Positions 15,001 to 18,321 of a DNA stretch of 64,000 bases are shown piece after piece. Below the pieces are notes generated by a model, which worked only from the letters and a program-made list of their open reading frames with translations, did not search any database and was not told the DNA's origin. Position 1 is the first letter of the stretch, and each line of letters opens with the position of its first letter. The position numbers were made by a program, and so were the translations under genes. Origin of the DNA: Elusimicrobia bacterium RIFOXYA2_FULL_39_19 (GTDB lineage: Bacteria; Elusimicrobiota; Endomicrobiia; CG1-02-37-114; XYA2-FULL-39-19); contig MGVC01000075.1 in NCBI GenBank assembly GCA_001800285.1, positions 19,058-83,057 on the forward strand, read 5' to 3'.

Positions 15001-17756
15001 ACCAGTGCATATCAGAGGCAGAAACAAAAATAAGTTCCTTCAACATAGGCGGAGAATTCTATGAATACCTGCCTACATCTACTCCTCTGCCGTTTGATTT
15101 AATAGTAGAATCCACTAATACGCTTACAGGTACCTTCCCGTCAAGCGGACAACAGCTGTTGGTGAAGGTGGGCGATGAATTGATGAGATACTCGGTAGCG
15201 GGTACCACTATTACGGCTACAGGACAGAAGCCCTATCTCAAGATAGTTGAACGCGCTAAGTATGGAACAGCAAAAGCTCAGTATTATTCGGGCCAGCCGG
15301 TTAAGAAAATTGACATGTTTGATTTAAATAATGATTTAAGCAAAACAAAACTTATTTATCTGACAAACATGCAGAAAATTAATCCGTCGGACCAGACCTA
15401 TTTCATAGTTTACGATATCGGAGACAATGCGGTTGCGGGAAATGCTGTGGGCTTAAAGATGTCTGACAAAAGTTGGATTAAAATAGCGCAGCCTCACCTG
15501 GTTTCACCGGAGCTGGTGCTGGAAACCGGCGCGGGCGTGCAGATAGGCGATAAAACAAATTATGATTCCTGCAAAACCAGCCTGCTGCCCATAAACCCGA
15601 TCAACCTTATAGTAAGGTCTGAAAATTATGCGCCGGTTTCGTCAAAACAAGGTACCACAAATGTGCCTCTGGCATCCCTTCGCCTGAAATCAAATATGAA
15701 TCACATTATTTTAAGCCAATTAAATCTTAAACAGACAGGAACAGTTACCGCAACCAATACGCCTGGAAAAGGACAGGGTGATTTCTCGTCGGTAAGTGTC
15801 TGGAGAGAAGCTGTCAGCGTAACTCAGCCTTACGGCGACGGCAGATTTGACTCATCAACCGATATTATGATTTCTTCTACAATTCATTCCACCGGCGCAA
15901 GCCCGAATATGAGTTTTGTTTCTGGCAATGCCAGTCTGCCTCTGGGCGCAGGAGGCATATATATTTCAACCACGGAAGTAAAACTTTACATTGTGGCTAA
16001 CATAGGCCTGCTGGATTTGGCAAATCAGTCAACGGAAAATGACCTGGCGGGCATGCAGTTGTATGATTTCAGCGGCCTGGTAATTATACCTCAGACCTCT
16101 GTTTCTGATACCAACAACACTTTCCCGTATAAATCAACGGAACTGAAAATATTAAACCAGAATGCAATTATTCCTTTGCCTTATGCGCCGGTGCCTACGG
16201 TATGGACTGACTATGGCGACGGTTATCCAGCCATAGACGAAAGCAATCCACTAGACGGTACTCCGGAACGGGTGCTGGATAAAGATGGGAATGTAATAGT
16301 TGATTTCAACGGCGACGGCATAAATGACCTGGAAGATTTAAACGGCGACGGCGTTAAAAATGAAATAGATCTTGACGGTGACGGATTGTTTGATATTGAC
16401 ATGGATGGTGACGGCCAGATAGATCTGGATTTGAACTACGATGGTATAAAAGATAATATTAAGCCGGACGCCAACGGTGACGGCATACCGGACATTGACC
16501 TGGGTTATGACAACATAGTTGATGATTACATTCCGTTGAGATGGGTAAACAGTCGCGTAAAACTTTATTCCAAGTGGTTCCCGAGAACAGGAACACAATA
16601 CACCGGTTTGAAGTATCTTATGAGCATCGGTAAAGGCCCGGATGAAACTGAAACATCGGTATCTGCCGGCTGGATAACTACCGAAGATATCAAATATACA
16701 ATAAGCGGTGTATCGCTTGAAGAATTAAAGTCCACCAAGCTAAGCGCAGATATTCTTGAAACTTATGATGCGTATCCGCTGGAACCGCTGACAATAAAAG
16801 TTGAAAGTGTTAATAATTTTAACACAACTTCCGGCGGCTATATTTACGTCGGGTTGGGTAAAAATGCTGAAATTATGCACTATGCAACGGCAGGAAGCGG
16901 GGGCTCAGGAACAGGTTTGTATTATGTCTTTAACATTGATCAGCGTGCCTGTTTCGGTACAAATAAGAAAACGCATCTTTCTGGTACAGCTGTTTCAAAT
17001 TCATTCTACTACTACAGATTGAAAGTTAAAAATGCATCAGGAGTAACGGGCCCTTCAGTGCTTTCAAGTATCTACAGGGTAGATATAAAAATACCTGATG
17101 AGCCGCGCAATATACAGACAGATTCTGCTTTGAAAAATGCGGAAATTTATACTCTGAAAATTTTATGGGATAAATCTTCCGACGATTTATCAAGCGTCCG
17201 CTTGTACGAAGTCCAGGAAAGCATGGATACGGATCCAAGATGGAAGAGAATTGCCACTATACCGTTTACTTCACTAAGCTTGTCTTTGGATAGAAGCAAA
17301 GGCCATTATTATTATTATAGAATTCGTTCGCAGGATTGTTCCGGCAACTGGAGCACCTGGTCAACTACGGTCAAGATAAATACCGGCAAACCTCCGGAAG
17401 TAATATCGCAGGTAACCAATTATCCGAACCCTGTTGATTTGAGAAAAGGAGAAGCTGAAACCTATGTAACTTATGTCCTTAACCAGGATGCAAATGTTAC
17501 CATAACTTTGTATGACCTTCTTGGTTATAAAGTTTACGAATACAGCGCATCTCCCGGAGAAGTTTGGTCCGGAGTCGGCAAGCCCTGGGTTGACGGTAAA
17601 GGTAAAGGCGGCTCGGCTGGTGTTAACGTAATGGTATGGAACTGCAGAAATGAAGCAGGAGACATAGTTTCCAAAGGTGGTTACATCTGCCATATTAAGG
17701 TCCAATCAGATAAAGGTATTGTGACAACCATCCGCAAGATAGGTATAGTCAGGTAA
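1..17756 (+). CDS. Giant repetitive cell-surface (adhesin-like) protein, 5'-truncated by the window edge (>5,900 aa visible)
   Basis: Single uninterrupted 17.7-kb ORF. The frame is open from nt 3 (no in-frame stop upstream of the TTG at 36), so the true start lies upstream of the window. T/S/G/N/V/A/Y-rich, beta-type sequence. It holds two tandem module families, an Ig-like middle region, an acidic Ca-binding-like repeat, then FN3 plus a C-terminal beta-sandwich-like domain. Stop TAA at 17754-17756. Confidence 0.9.
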   Translation, partial: DLYFNPVANDSLVYLNTSDSWDVHPSTNALETGTTIFSVTLVTAGSAHRIYAVDSAIAPDGYFLSTDTSPVITAAPNTTNANNFALQIVAPGVSPVPGKPPYPPDATGGRSGSPNYQTAGQEFEVTVNLVDPYWNIVGTGYDQQVQLMKINKTEGPADQYGIYTSSRPLINGTTTFKFEFRTAGPASFSPLTWSSWTITVSDVDSNLPNYSDAVTPLIQVSPGTRSKMQVLVPGETWAPGKTTGKLGKTEGSTPDVYVAGSTFTVTVHACDSFWNVVDTAPVVGLYQHYDAANNTAGDPNAATTTPLSQALTNGRGLYIAKLVTATTPYVETNTGPWRMKTTNNLGMTNWDDETQNYGTTQLLKVRAAAPTKLLTLVPSQTARLGVGSGRQGTVATQFAGQQFDVTVYVTDEMWNVVTGTGATNVTLTTTDPYDDESGYSGATTLGRALIPVTFSRGMDEQYSITASTSTGRPEAYASNTSDLITSRYWTATKLQIIVPGETAEPGKMSGQAGKLDSSNPSNQVADEMFRVTINITDDRWNPVPTAGSKVKLISNDIYFSTITNQDIAGGTGYLWPKLMTATTSGWTLNVSTDAGGSAHYTAHTSPAIRVLPGNPSKLLVRAPGENLLPGSATGKTDAPNYATAGTTITVTVYATDSKYNQAYSSAVVRVYTNDSYSVSMSSKQLVDGTTTFDVLFLTANAAPLDGTTQKYAVVIATHMKELDAPGISYTLTIGTVSVPVTPENGKYLLLLVPGETHVPGKPPYAPITNAGGGKTGTPNTLYAGVTYYATVLVCDPYWNIDITPTDTDPYVKVRTTDPFDDSYEAASGIVDGVRTFSFRPQRATLQQKTLIDKTTVSAEHDTGTTLFSRSESIGLDVLPQQNIPQYPRHLLVLAPNETHVPGSTLGKQNTISNKKAGEKFSASVYGVDAFNNICDDVQPNITLTSTDANDNTAAGQPEYSWDPLTQPLFTGTTVFNIQLVTANTYHFLIAIDNDATVPDYGSAYSSGVYIDPGRPDKLQVLVPGETSVPNTVLGKSGTPSEMPNKQFKAGESFFITVNATDVLWNIQTEISPNVYVESSDQYGTKNNSLSVTNGSEETSITVYNAEMAGLTGYATHYIKSYPLAEINYNGDDILLSTGTSSDLKVYPALVSRYHLIVPNEIAAPGKGPYDGTGGKNYSVSFQTAGVVFPVTVRATDNYYNVCTTAVIGGVSITVTDPYSGYSRSQGLTQGQNVWNNVYMYTASTWAVRAAGSLGTFDSSILRIIPDRAQRLRILSPGEQADPGNVPTRGRKTNIYPTGHMAGESFGVTVDATDDYYNMVSTSGIRVAITTDDLYDTHPSTKTLASGTTSFLVTLVTKQDTIITATTDYCSNYRYDYTQPIGISTNVPYRIQLLVPGETHVDGKISGTQPGKTEDSLPLSQVAGAAFTVTALCVDQYYNLTDENPSITIISDGADGDPYDTPAIGRTQWLSNGQYVFSGLEQFNFVTRNNDTGNGWKIRMSAFSWSEGEGYPGILANTIPSERVPVAPGLSNKVQVLVPGELSSWGNQAGYGKADDPALTGSGAIDQTAGVAFEITSYAVDSYYNRATNTTAGGAETSLLSLASGNPYKTFTPDSQALIQDSTITFTVTLYKAATSQLTLSDTESPYIDNGVSSVLALNSSAPVTTVLLLPNQTIDSGKPPYYPSGWGGKTGAVATQTAGTTFYATVQAVDKYWNPYSDVSLVTINTPDQFDFNPTTAALNATGYRVYDVNIVTVGTYTLTAFDTDGISGNGYNGGTELNLGVSSPVYCAPGTPSKLLVLLPGENGTPGKPQSGKTGTPDTQTAGTVFDVTVQLTDANWNRVTNGTMPTIELASTDVYWSTPLARPLNQGQFIFAAQLLTAATHSISASGGGYSGLSSTFTVNPKVADPIKYLVILPGQEQVNGKYGAAFEPQGRRGNATVQIAGARFTPTIYATDEYWNRISTSQLVTVTIDDAYGQLSNAVLPTDDYSVSATLSVNMTNGIAVVNTVRSRKAGTHTITATDNDGVDPAINQSLANTLTVISGDPERLMIFAEGEASDAGRAPTPNNYPNNPTGGKSTTDLPYSKAAGDLFDVTVRVTDKYWNMASSQQAIKIYTNDGNTVYNSANKYSTVVTTEVIVNDIFSFVSAGTRVLYVEHSSYTGSNYNRTQNVTVTPGAASRLLVKMPGQTFDPGSNLGKFNDPAIVTQTAGTSFDVEVAITDSHFNIVPGAVGTMVLYTPTDPYDVEPAQVNITNIDPGYIPISFTTGLKRAATYHYIVAEELYGAYTKYPYNAPDYAISTFTVLPGTPDHLQLVLPGETPAWGLNVSTANGKTGYPSNQTAGAIFEVTVNLVDNYYNTYSREIFPSLPAITMPEVTVETNDPYDANSSTSPLGDMTASRTFQMQLVTAATWHMLWTKDVDGSDPRYITDVSSRQFTVNPSTPAFLLVVVPGETHVPGKWNIPPYGRTDTQPTVHPAGDAFNIDVVLTDIWYNRIMSGVDMPSCTVTTWDYQDSEPTIQRLASGSRAFSVRPLTASSSWTCVSVDWSTAAVKYTSKESSQIRIWPDAAYYMQGTNYIDPVRGSTWAYAGADYNVRVNVKDRYNNLCSTGSTRYTGEVQFVAEIAPTNFVNTLQNPEPLPGSGGEYYTFTEADAGTHLFTIKLKKTGARWINWRQRTDALIGTDRSGYVNNPVIEVRPGDPSKFAFATPDPWTDPIYVKAGTSGGVANRQQVKAFVADAYENQVSSSNISAVLSVVDVFGSSGTIKDASGNVITSTTTDSNGEVGGLGKELYYEVSTTGGHYAKVQVSTAAGATITGKSVNIMTTGGDLYRFQFVTTPSDIEASAGNIKSTVFTFEKRDYWNNPTGETNIVSLSIGTQLKTDSPSVLNSQKKYWNKTTDTMLSMYDVAIPNWPAAVWPVPAANSQASFRYSDMYASWPAGEDGSQGTATAALPARPSIGKWTARVEYGTYVGSTTFTVNPGAITQVGFDVIPSTTLPLLAGIVYNNQNSLQVLEIETQDTYGNPRPVNVTTTMNLQSDSNANNSLLIDYLQRLTFENEVDAIATTEYGRNYSFSLTSSPWMHTSTAAISAGAYAAQFWYADTKASKAYPPYHIATSTMPHVKALGGGWETPGSGQYIPIVAAPIKKLAIVSPHQSLTAGTTSQAFLLQTQDRFSNPSPVITGEEVMSIFDLNSTGIGSVRFAAPTPAYGWFAKPAVDIAVLTIGDDTTSFYMIDTKVGDYQVSAQNPAKTDWSVAVQTYSVTAAAPQHIAFVTPSRRLIAGTTIAFAANGGASLGTAVGISTYTGYNPFSSQPLPLPLTLYSNRVQTMTVTSIQLRDEFDNVATSTETISLIYTCVNSTSAHAGENPVKDLMLTADWPSICEGGFLPGIIPAGSNEHSIYFFDTKAGTSTLKAEGTMGGVVLAPALQEQYITPATARFLTVHHNYPMTNPLPVNLPGSITIKARDRYGNLVTGDSTNGQYYKGIIKFTHNGSSTAVTLKGMPGSTTFYMYTEADRGTWQGLQIINQMQESLKISATHYASPVTQALDYPVEGEVFGWTNDGLRGLREQSSQDLVTSGIKVMPILDPDHLLKNSNYYPSRTISKKVYQGDGDIVENFQPFDMLGLTMVTLPVEANLTGKLEQIKVEKIGNTPSKDISMMSLYYDSSLSYFFDPELVWHGQPTDTKLADAEYDAGTDAWYFRNLSASPMASINTVPKTYFITVRMSTSATSGTYFGLRLQSYQSIITSGTVTVAQNNFEIVTTTWTVEKSPPKVYAQLTDIAAYYQLEGTTQPFTYSYMQQGESDIGMLKIALRCPEFQGAISEINVGRTGTGEDYDIVGTKIYMDGKDSGPNDGRIDAGSNPDGNLQPGGDDALTDWVEFTDRSARCLLSTPQLIEATTRYFFITFKVENSATPGYTHGAKINGITLSEGTMQSYASIESTKVVVMPTIDEVNVYNVNKQETSVSSITFGITNVVTQGDKNIPVIKLTMATVKRTGLWSGLRLDRSISRNAGSGSPDGTISLPTDVDKIQLWYDSNDNGMFEVTDSMVVDQNQQYSQMAFPVSALLEDIDASTDVIKVGDINTFFPPFCSVPRAPGRLIIDDSGDISKLEIVTYTGVDMNQNMFTGVSRGQDRTSAKAHVSGAIVSGQARLDIVGTVSSVQEIKQTPKNYFITYDYSPICTVDSSLKLGVEIPSTGYFMINYPDYVGNVQAQIGLRAPRNNQWLGSEWVASGWTESYVSQIKEYADDVLVKPTDYIYTDNLVQGSVDNVLAQFTMETDMSEAQWYAVRIYSTGTAVYDGGGVMEEVPVVKVWYDTNRNNILNKSPLEPYAYTGADYDMLVGSDTFANAGDLVATVIRFNSDKIQKIITASRAGTSTSQKYFITYDISDSALPTNPGNGEPKTLGVRFTAESFPTDSDNLIQTEDDFISEPNNLDPAGLPWQSALKKIVASPRTVFIKSTPIFSDEDPKEEGTLSSYDAPRLKGDMTASANTLYLFSNDTLGRTTPTLGLPSSGYVMLDGEIIKYTSKDANSLIDLTRGVLGSLAVSHSSGTVLGVQITQSVKNFAVEKLELWVDGFQVEMGTITMNRTIPSTLLKGDDSDLLSIKVYRDDNVNGRLDRIAAAAYRGQVSADTLVGSGIYNNTKAQLYLNDPVINRKYILVTTTPTVYFITYDVNPSAKFSHPLISWQNEMLGSEITDENKIGVNNPSADEKHKVSTYVPVGLGQIPAYPIRTANMPIVATVDTMYGTPSDELVSPVERFAENVAVVKLTMQTNKNSALWDSLRVDMTGTGVDADISKVRIWKVISSTSEYSVFESTEMVNNEICGLMSYGSDLFTEKTATLVLKAEEKYYESRTITASPKVFYVTYDISQFAQIGETVGASILDRSYFSVQVPDEVEFLWNTAPFITKEAEIKEVQSTVFATVSDSVYYVHFGSGTFQSQPNVDMMRLKLRTDKSNCDWEAIQIERTGTGGPQDQTKPEGRNSDVKYIKIFRDANLSGSLDPDDQCISEAETKISSFNIGGEFYEYLPTSTPLPFDLIVESTNTLTGTFPSSGQQLLVKVGDELMRYSVAGTTITATGQKPYLKIVERAKYGTAKAQYYSGQPVKKIDMFDLNNDLSKTKLIYLTNMQKINPSDQTYFIVYDIGDNAVAGNAVGLKMSDKSWIKIAQPHLVSPELVLETGAGVQIGDKTNYDSCKTSLLPINPINLIVRSENYAPVSSKQGTTNVPLASLRLKSNMNHIILSQLNLKQTGTVTATNTPGKGQGDFSSVSVWREAVSVTQPYGDGRFDSSTDIMISSTIHSTGASPNMSFVSGNASLPLGAGGIYISTTEVKLYIVANIGLLDLANQSTENDLAGMQLYDFSGLVIIPQTSVSDTNNTFPYKSTELKILNQNAIIPLPYAPVPTVWTDYGDGYPAIDESNPLDGTPERVLDKDGNVIVDFNGDGINDLEDLNGDGVKNEIDLDGDGLFDIDMDGDGQIDLDLNYDGIKDNIKPDANGDGIPDIDLGYDNIVDDYIPLRWVNSRVKLYSKWFPRTGTQYTGLKYLMSIGKGPDETETSVSAGWITTEDIKYTISGVSLEELKSTKLSADILETYDAYPLEPLTIKVESVNNFNTTSGGYIYVGLGKNAEIMHYATAGSGGSGTGLYYVFNIDQRACFGTNKKTHLSGTAVSNSFYYYRLKVKNASGVTGPSVLSSIYRVDIKIPDEPRNIQTDSALKNAEIYTLKILWDKSSDDLSSVRLYEVQESMDTDPRWKRIATIPFTSLSLSLDRSKGHYYYYRIRSQDCSGNWSTWSTTVKINTGKPPEVISQVTNYPNPVDLRKGEAETYVTYVLNQDANVTITLYDLLGYKVYEYSASPGEVWSGVGKPWVDGKGKGGSAGVNVMVWNCRNEAGDIVSKGGYICHIKVQSDKGIVTTIRKIGIVR
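260..7830 (+). repeat. Family-A protein modules: ~19-20 tandem ~230-aa units inside the giant ORF
   Basis: Recurring anchor 'L(L/Q)VLVPGET.(V/A)PGK....GK(T)G.P..QTAG..F.VTV.A.D.YWN.V', then '..V.L...D.....P....L..G...F.V.L.TA'. Examples: LLLLVPGETHVPGKPPYAPITNAGGGKTGTPNTLYAGVTYYATVLVCDPYWNI; LLVLLPGENGTPGKPQSGKTGTPDTQTAGTVFDVTVQLTDANWNRV; LLVVVPGETHVPGKWNIPPYGRTDTQPTVHPAGDAFNIDVVLTDIWYNRI. I counted about 19 clear anchors plus one degenerate copy. Confidence 0.8.
8080..10700 (+). other. Ig-like (bacterial Big/invasin-type) beta-sandwich region of the giant ORF
   Basis: A strand signature typical of invasin/intimin-type Ig domains recurs every ~100-130 aa: KAFVADAYENQVSS, EKRDYWNNPTG, IETQDTYGNPRPV, LQTQDRFSNPSPV, IQLRDEFDNVATS, IKARDRYGNLVTG. 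Domain boundaries were not resolved by eye. Confidence 0.45.
10730..16090 (+). repeat. Family-B protein modules: ~8 tandem 170-250-aa units inside the giant ORF (unassigned fold)
   Basis: Each unit starts like 'V.V.KL.M.T....A.W.SLR(V/L)D.TGTG.D.DI..V.IW.D.N.NG..D' and ends with a '(K/T).YFITYD(I/V)...A' strand. The ending strands are KTYFITVRMSTSATSG, RYFFITFKVENSATPG, KNYFITYDYSPICTV, QKYFITYDISDSALP, TVYFITYDVNPSAKF, KVFYVTYDISQFAQIG, QTYFIVYDIGDNAVAG and KLYIVANIGLLDLAN. Confidence 0.7.
16300..16515 (+). repeat. Acidic D-x-(D/N)-G-D-G calcium-binding-like repeats (thrombospondin type-3-like) in the giant ORF
   Basis: DFNGDGINDLEDLNGDGVKNEIDLDGDGLFDIDMDGDGQIDLDLNYDGIKDNIKPDANGDGIPDIDLGYDNI. 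There are six or seven D/N-G-D-G units about 8-11 aa apart. Confidence 0.6.
17080..17390 (+). other. FN3-like domain preceding the C-terminal domain of the giant protein
   Basis: PDEPRNIQTDSALKNAEIYTLKILWDKSSDDLSSVRLYEVQESMD....RIATIP..SLSLSLDRSKGHYYYYRIRSQDCSGNWSTWS. It shows the FN3 W...Y...Y.(Y/F)R(V/I) pattern. Both downstream cargo proteins have the same FN3-then-CTD arrangement. Confidence 0.6.
17398..17753 (+). other. C-terminal Ig-like sorting/anchoring-type domain (T9SS-CTD / FlgD-Ig-like)
   Basis: VTNYPNPVDLRKGEAETYVTYVLNQDANVTITLYDLLGYKVYEY....VMVWNCRNEAGDIVSKGGYICHIKVQSDKGIVTTIRKIGIVR. The pattern is '(Y/F)PNP..., ...V.I.(I/L)YD..G..V......W.G.N..G..V..G.Y......' and it ends at the very C-terminus, as in T9SS C-terminal sorting domains. 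Assignment is by eye only. Confidence 0.5.
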
Positions 17757-17761
17757 TCGTT

Positions 17762-17791
17762 CCTGCCAGCGGTTGCCTGCTTGCGGCAGGC
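17762..17791 (+). terminator. GC-rich hairpin immediately after the giant ORF (possible terminator, no T-tract)
   Basis: CCTGCC-A-GC (17762-17770) pairs with GCGGCAGG (17783-17790). Alternatively GCCTGC (17775-80) pairs with GCAGGC (17786-91). No downstream U-run follows, so termination function is uncertain. Confidence 0.3.
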
Positions 17792-17837
17792 GCCAGTAGA
17801 AAAATGCTCTATTATTGTATTTTTAAGGTGCCTCGGT

Positions 17838-17869
17838 CCAAATAACCCCAAATAACCCCAAATAACCCA
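17838..17869. repeat. Intergenic 10-bp tandem repeat, CCAAATAACC x3.2
   Basis: Direct reading: ccaaataacc ccaaataacc ccaaataacc cac. It lies ~65 bp upstream of the promoter-like hexamers. Confidence 0.9.
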
Positions 17870-17932
17870 CTATTTCAAAAAGATGCCTTTTAAGGCACTT
17901 TTTCCCAATTGTAACAACCAAGAAAAAATCCC

Positions 17933-17961
17933 TTGACTTTTATGTAAACATGTACTATATA
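17933..17961 (+). promoter_or_regulatory. Sigma70-like promoter (TTGACT-17 nt-TATATA) for the downstream cluster
   Basis: TTGACT at 17933-17938, exact 17-nt spacer, TATATA at 17956-17961. It sits in a 565-bp intergenic region and is followed by a perfect 8-bp stem / GGGG-loop hairpin (caggatag-gggg-ctatcctg, 17967-17986) at the predicted 5' end of the leader. Confidence 0.6.
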
Positions 17962-18104
17962 TATACCAGGATAGGGGGCTATCCTGAAAATCAATGAATT
18001 TAAACAAATTTCACAGTGTTATTACTAGTTACTAATTGTACGGATTAATAATATTACATTATTATTAATAATCTGTATAATATAATAACAATTGTTCTTT
18101 ATTA

Positions 18105-18200
18105 ACCACGACAAAGGCAAACTCTGAGCAATCGGAGGACGCAAAGCCAACAGTCCCGAATTACACAGTATTTTACCGGGAGGCTGGGTTGCCGAATAAA
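18105..18200 (+). promoter_or_regulatory. c-di-GMP-I (GEMM-I) riboswitch aptamer
   Basis: The sequence is CACGACAAAGGCAAAC-UCUGA-GCAA-UCGGA-GGACGCAAAGCC-AACAGUCCCG...(loop)...CCGGGAGGCUGGGUUGCCGAA. It lines up almost position for position with the V. cholerae Vc2 aptamer as I recall it (CACGCACAGGGCAAACC..GAAA..GGGACGCAAAGCC..CCGG...CCGGUAGGUAGCGGGGUUACCGA). Hairpin 1 is 6 bp (CUCUGA/UCGGAG) and is capped by a GNRA tetraloop (GCAA). Hairpin 2 pairs UCCCG with CGGGA. The conserved GGCAAAC, GGACGCAAAGCC and GGGUU.CCGA blocks are all present. Confidence 0.8.
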
Positions 18201-18265
18201 ATTACGCGGTTTACGTGATCGATTTTTTTTGCAGAAACCGTGTAACAAAGATGTAAACGAAAAGC

Positions 18266-18320
18266 AACCCGAAAGTTTCAAGTAAGTTTTGCGTTAAATA
18301 ATTGAAATTCGGGTTTTTTT
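18266..18320 (+). terminator. Terminator-like hairpin + U7 tract (candidate riboswitch expression platform)
   Basis: AACCCGAA (18266-18273) pairs with TTCGGGTT (18308-18315), with an inner TTTCAA/TTGAAA helix. A T7 run (18314-18320) follows, directly abutting the first possible start codon of the next gene. The aptamer 3' segment GGGTT (18186-18190) could alternatively pair with AACCC of the 5' arm as an anti-terminator. Confidence 0.55.
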
Positions 18321-18321
18321 A

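Noticed and set aside
17871-17905. A-run / short stem / T-run (aaaaagatgccttttaaggcacttttt) as a bidirectional terminator
   Set aside because: The stem is only ~4 bp (TGCC/GGCA) with an AT-rich loop, which is too weak to call.
18223-18230. T8 run at 18223-18230 as an independent intrinsic terminator
   Set aside because: No convincing GC-rich stem immediately precedes it. It lies in the loop of a longer hairpin (18204-18243) and is better treated as part of the riboswitch expression platform.
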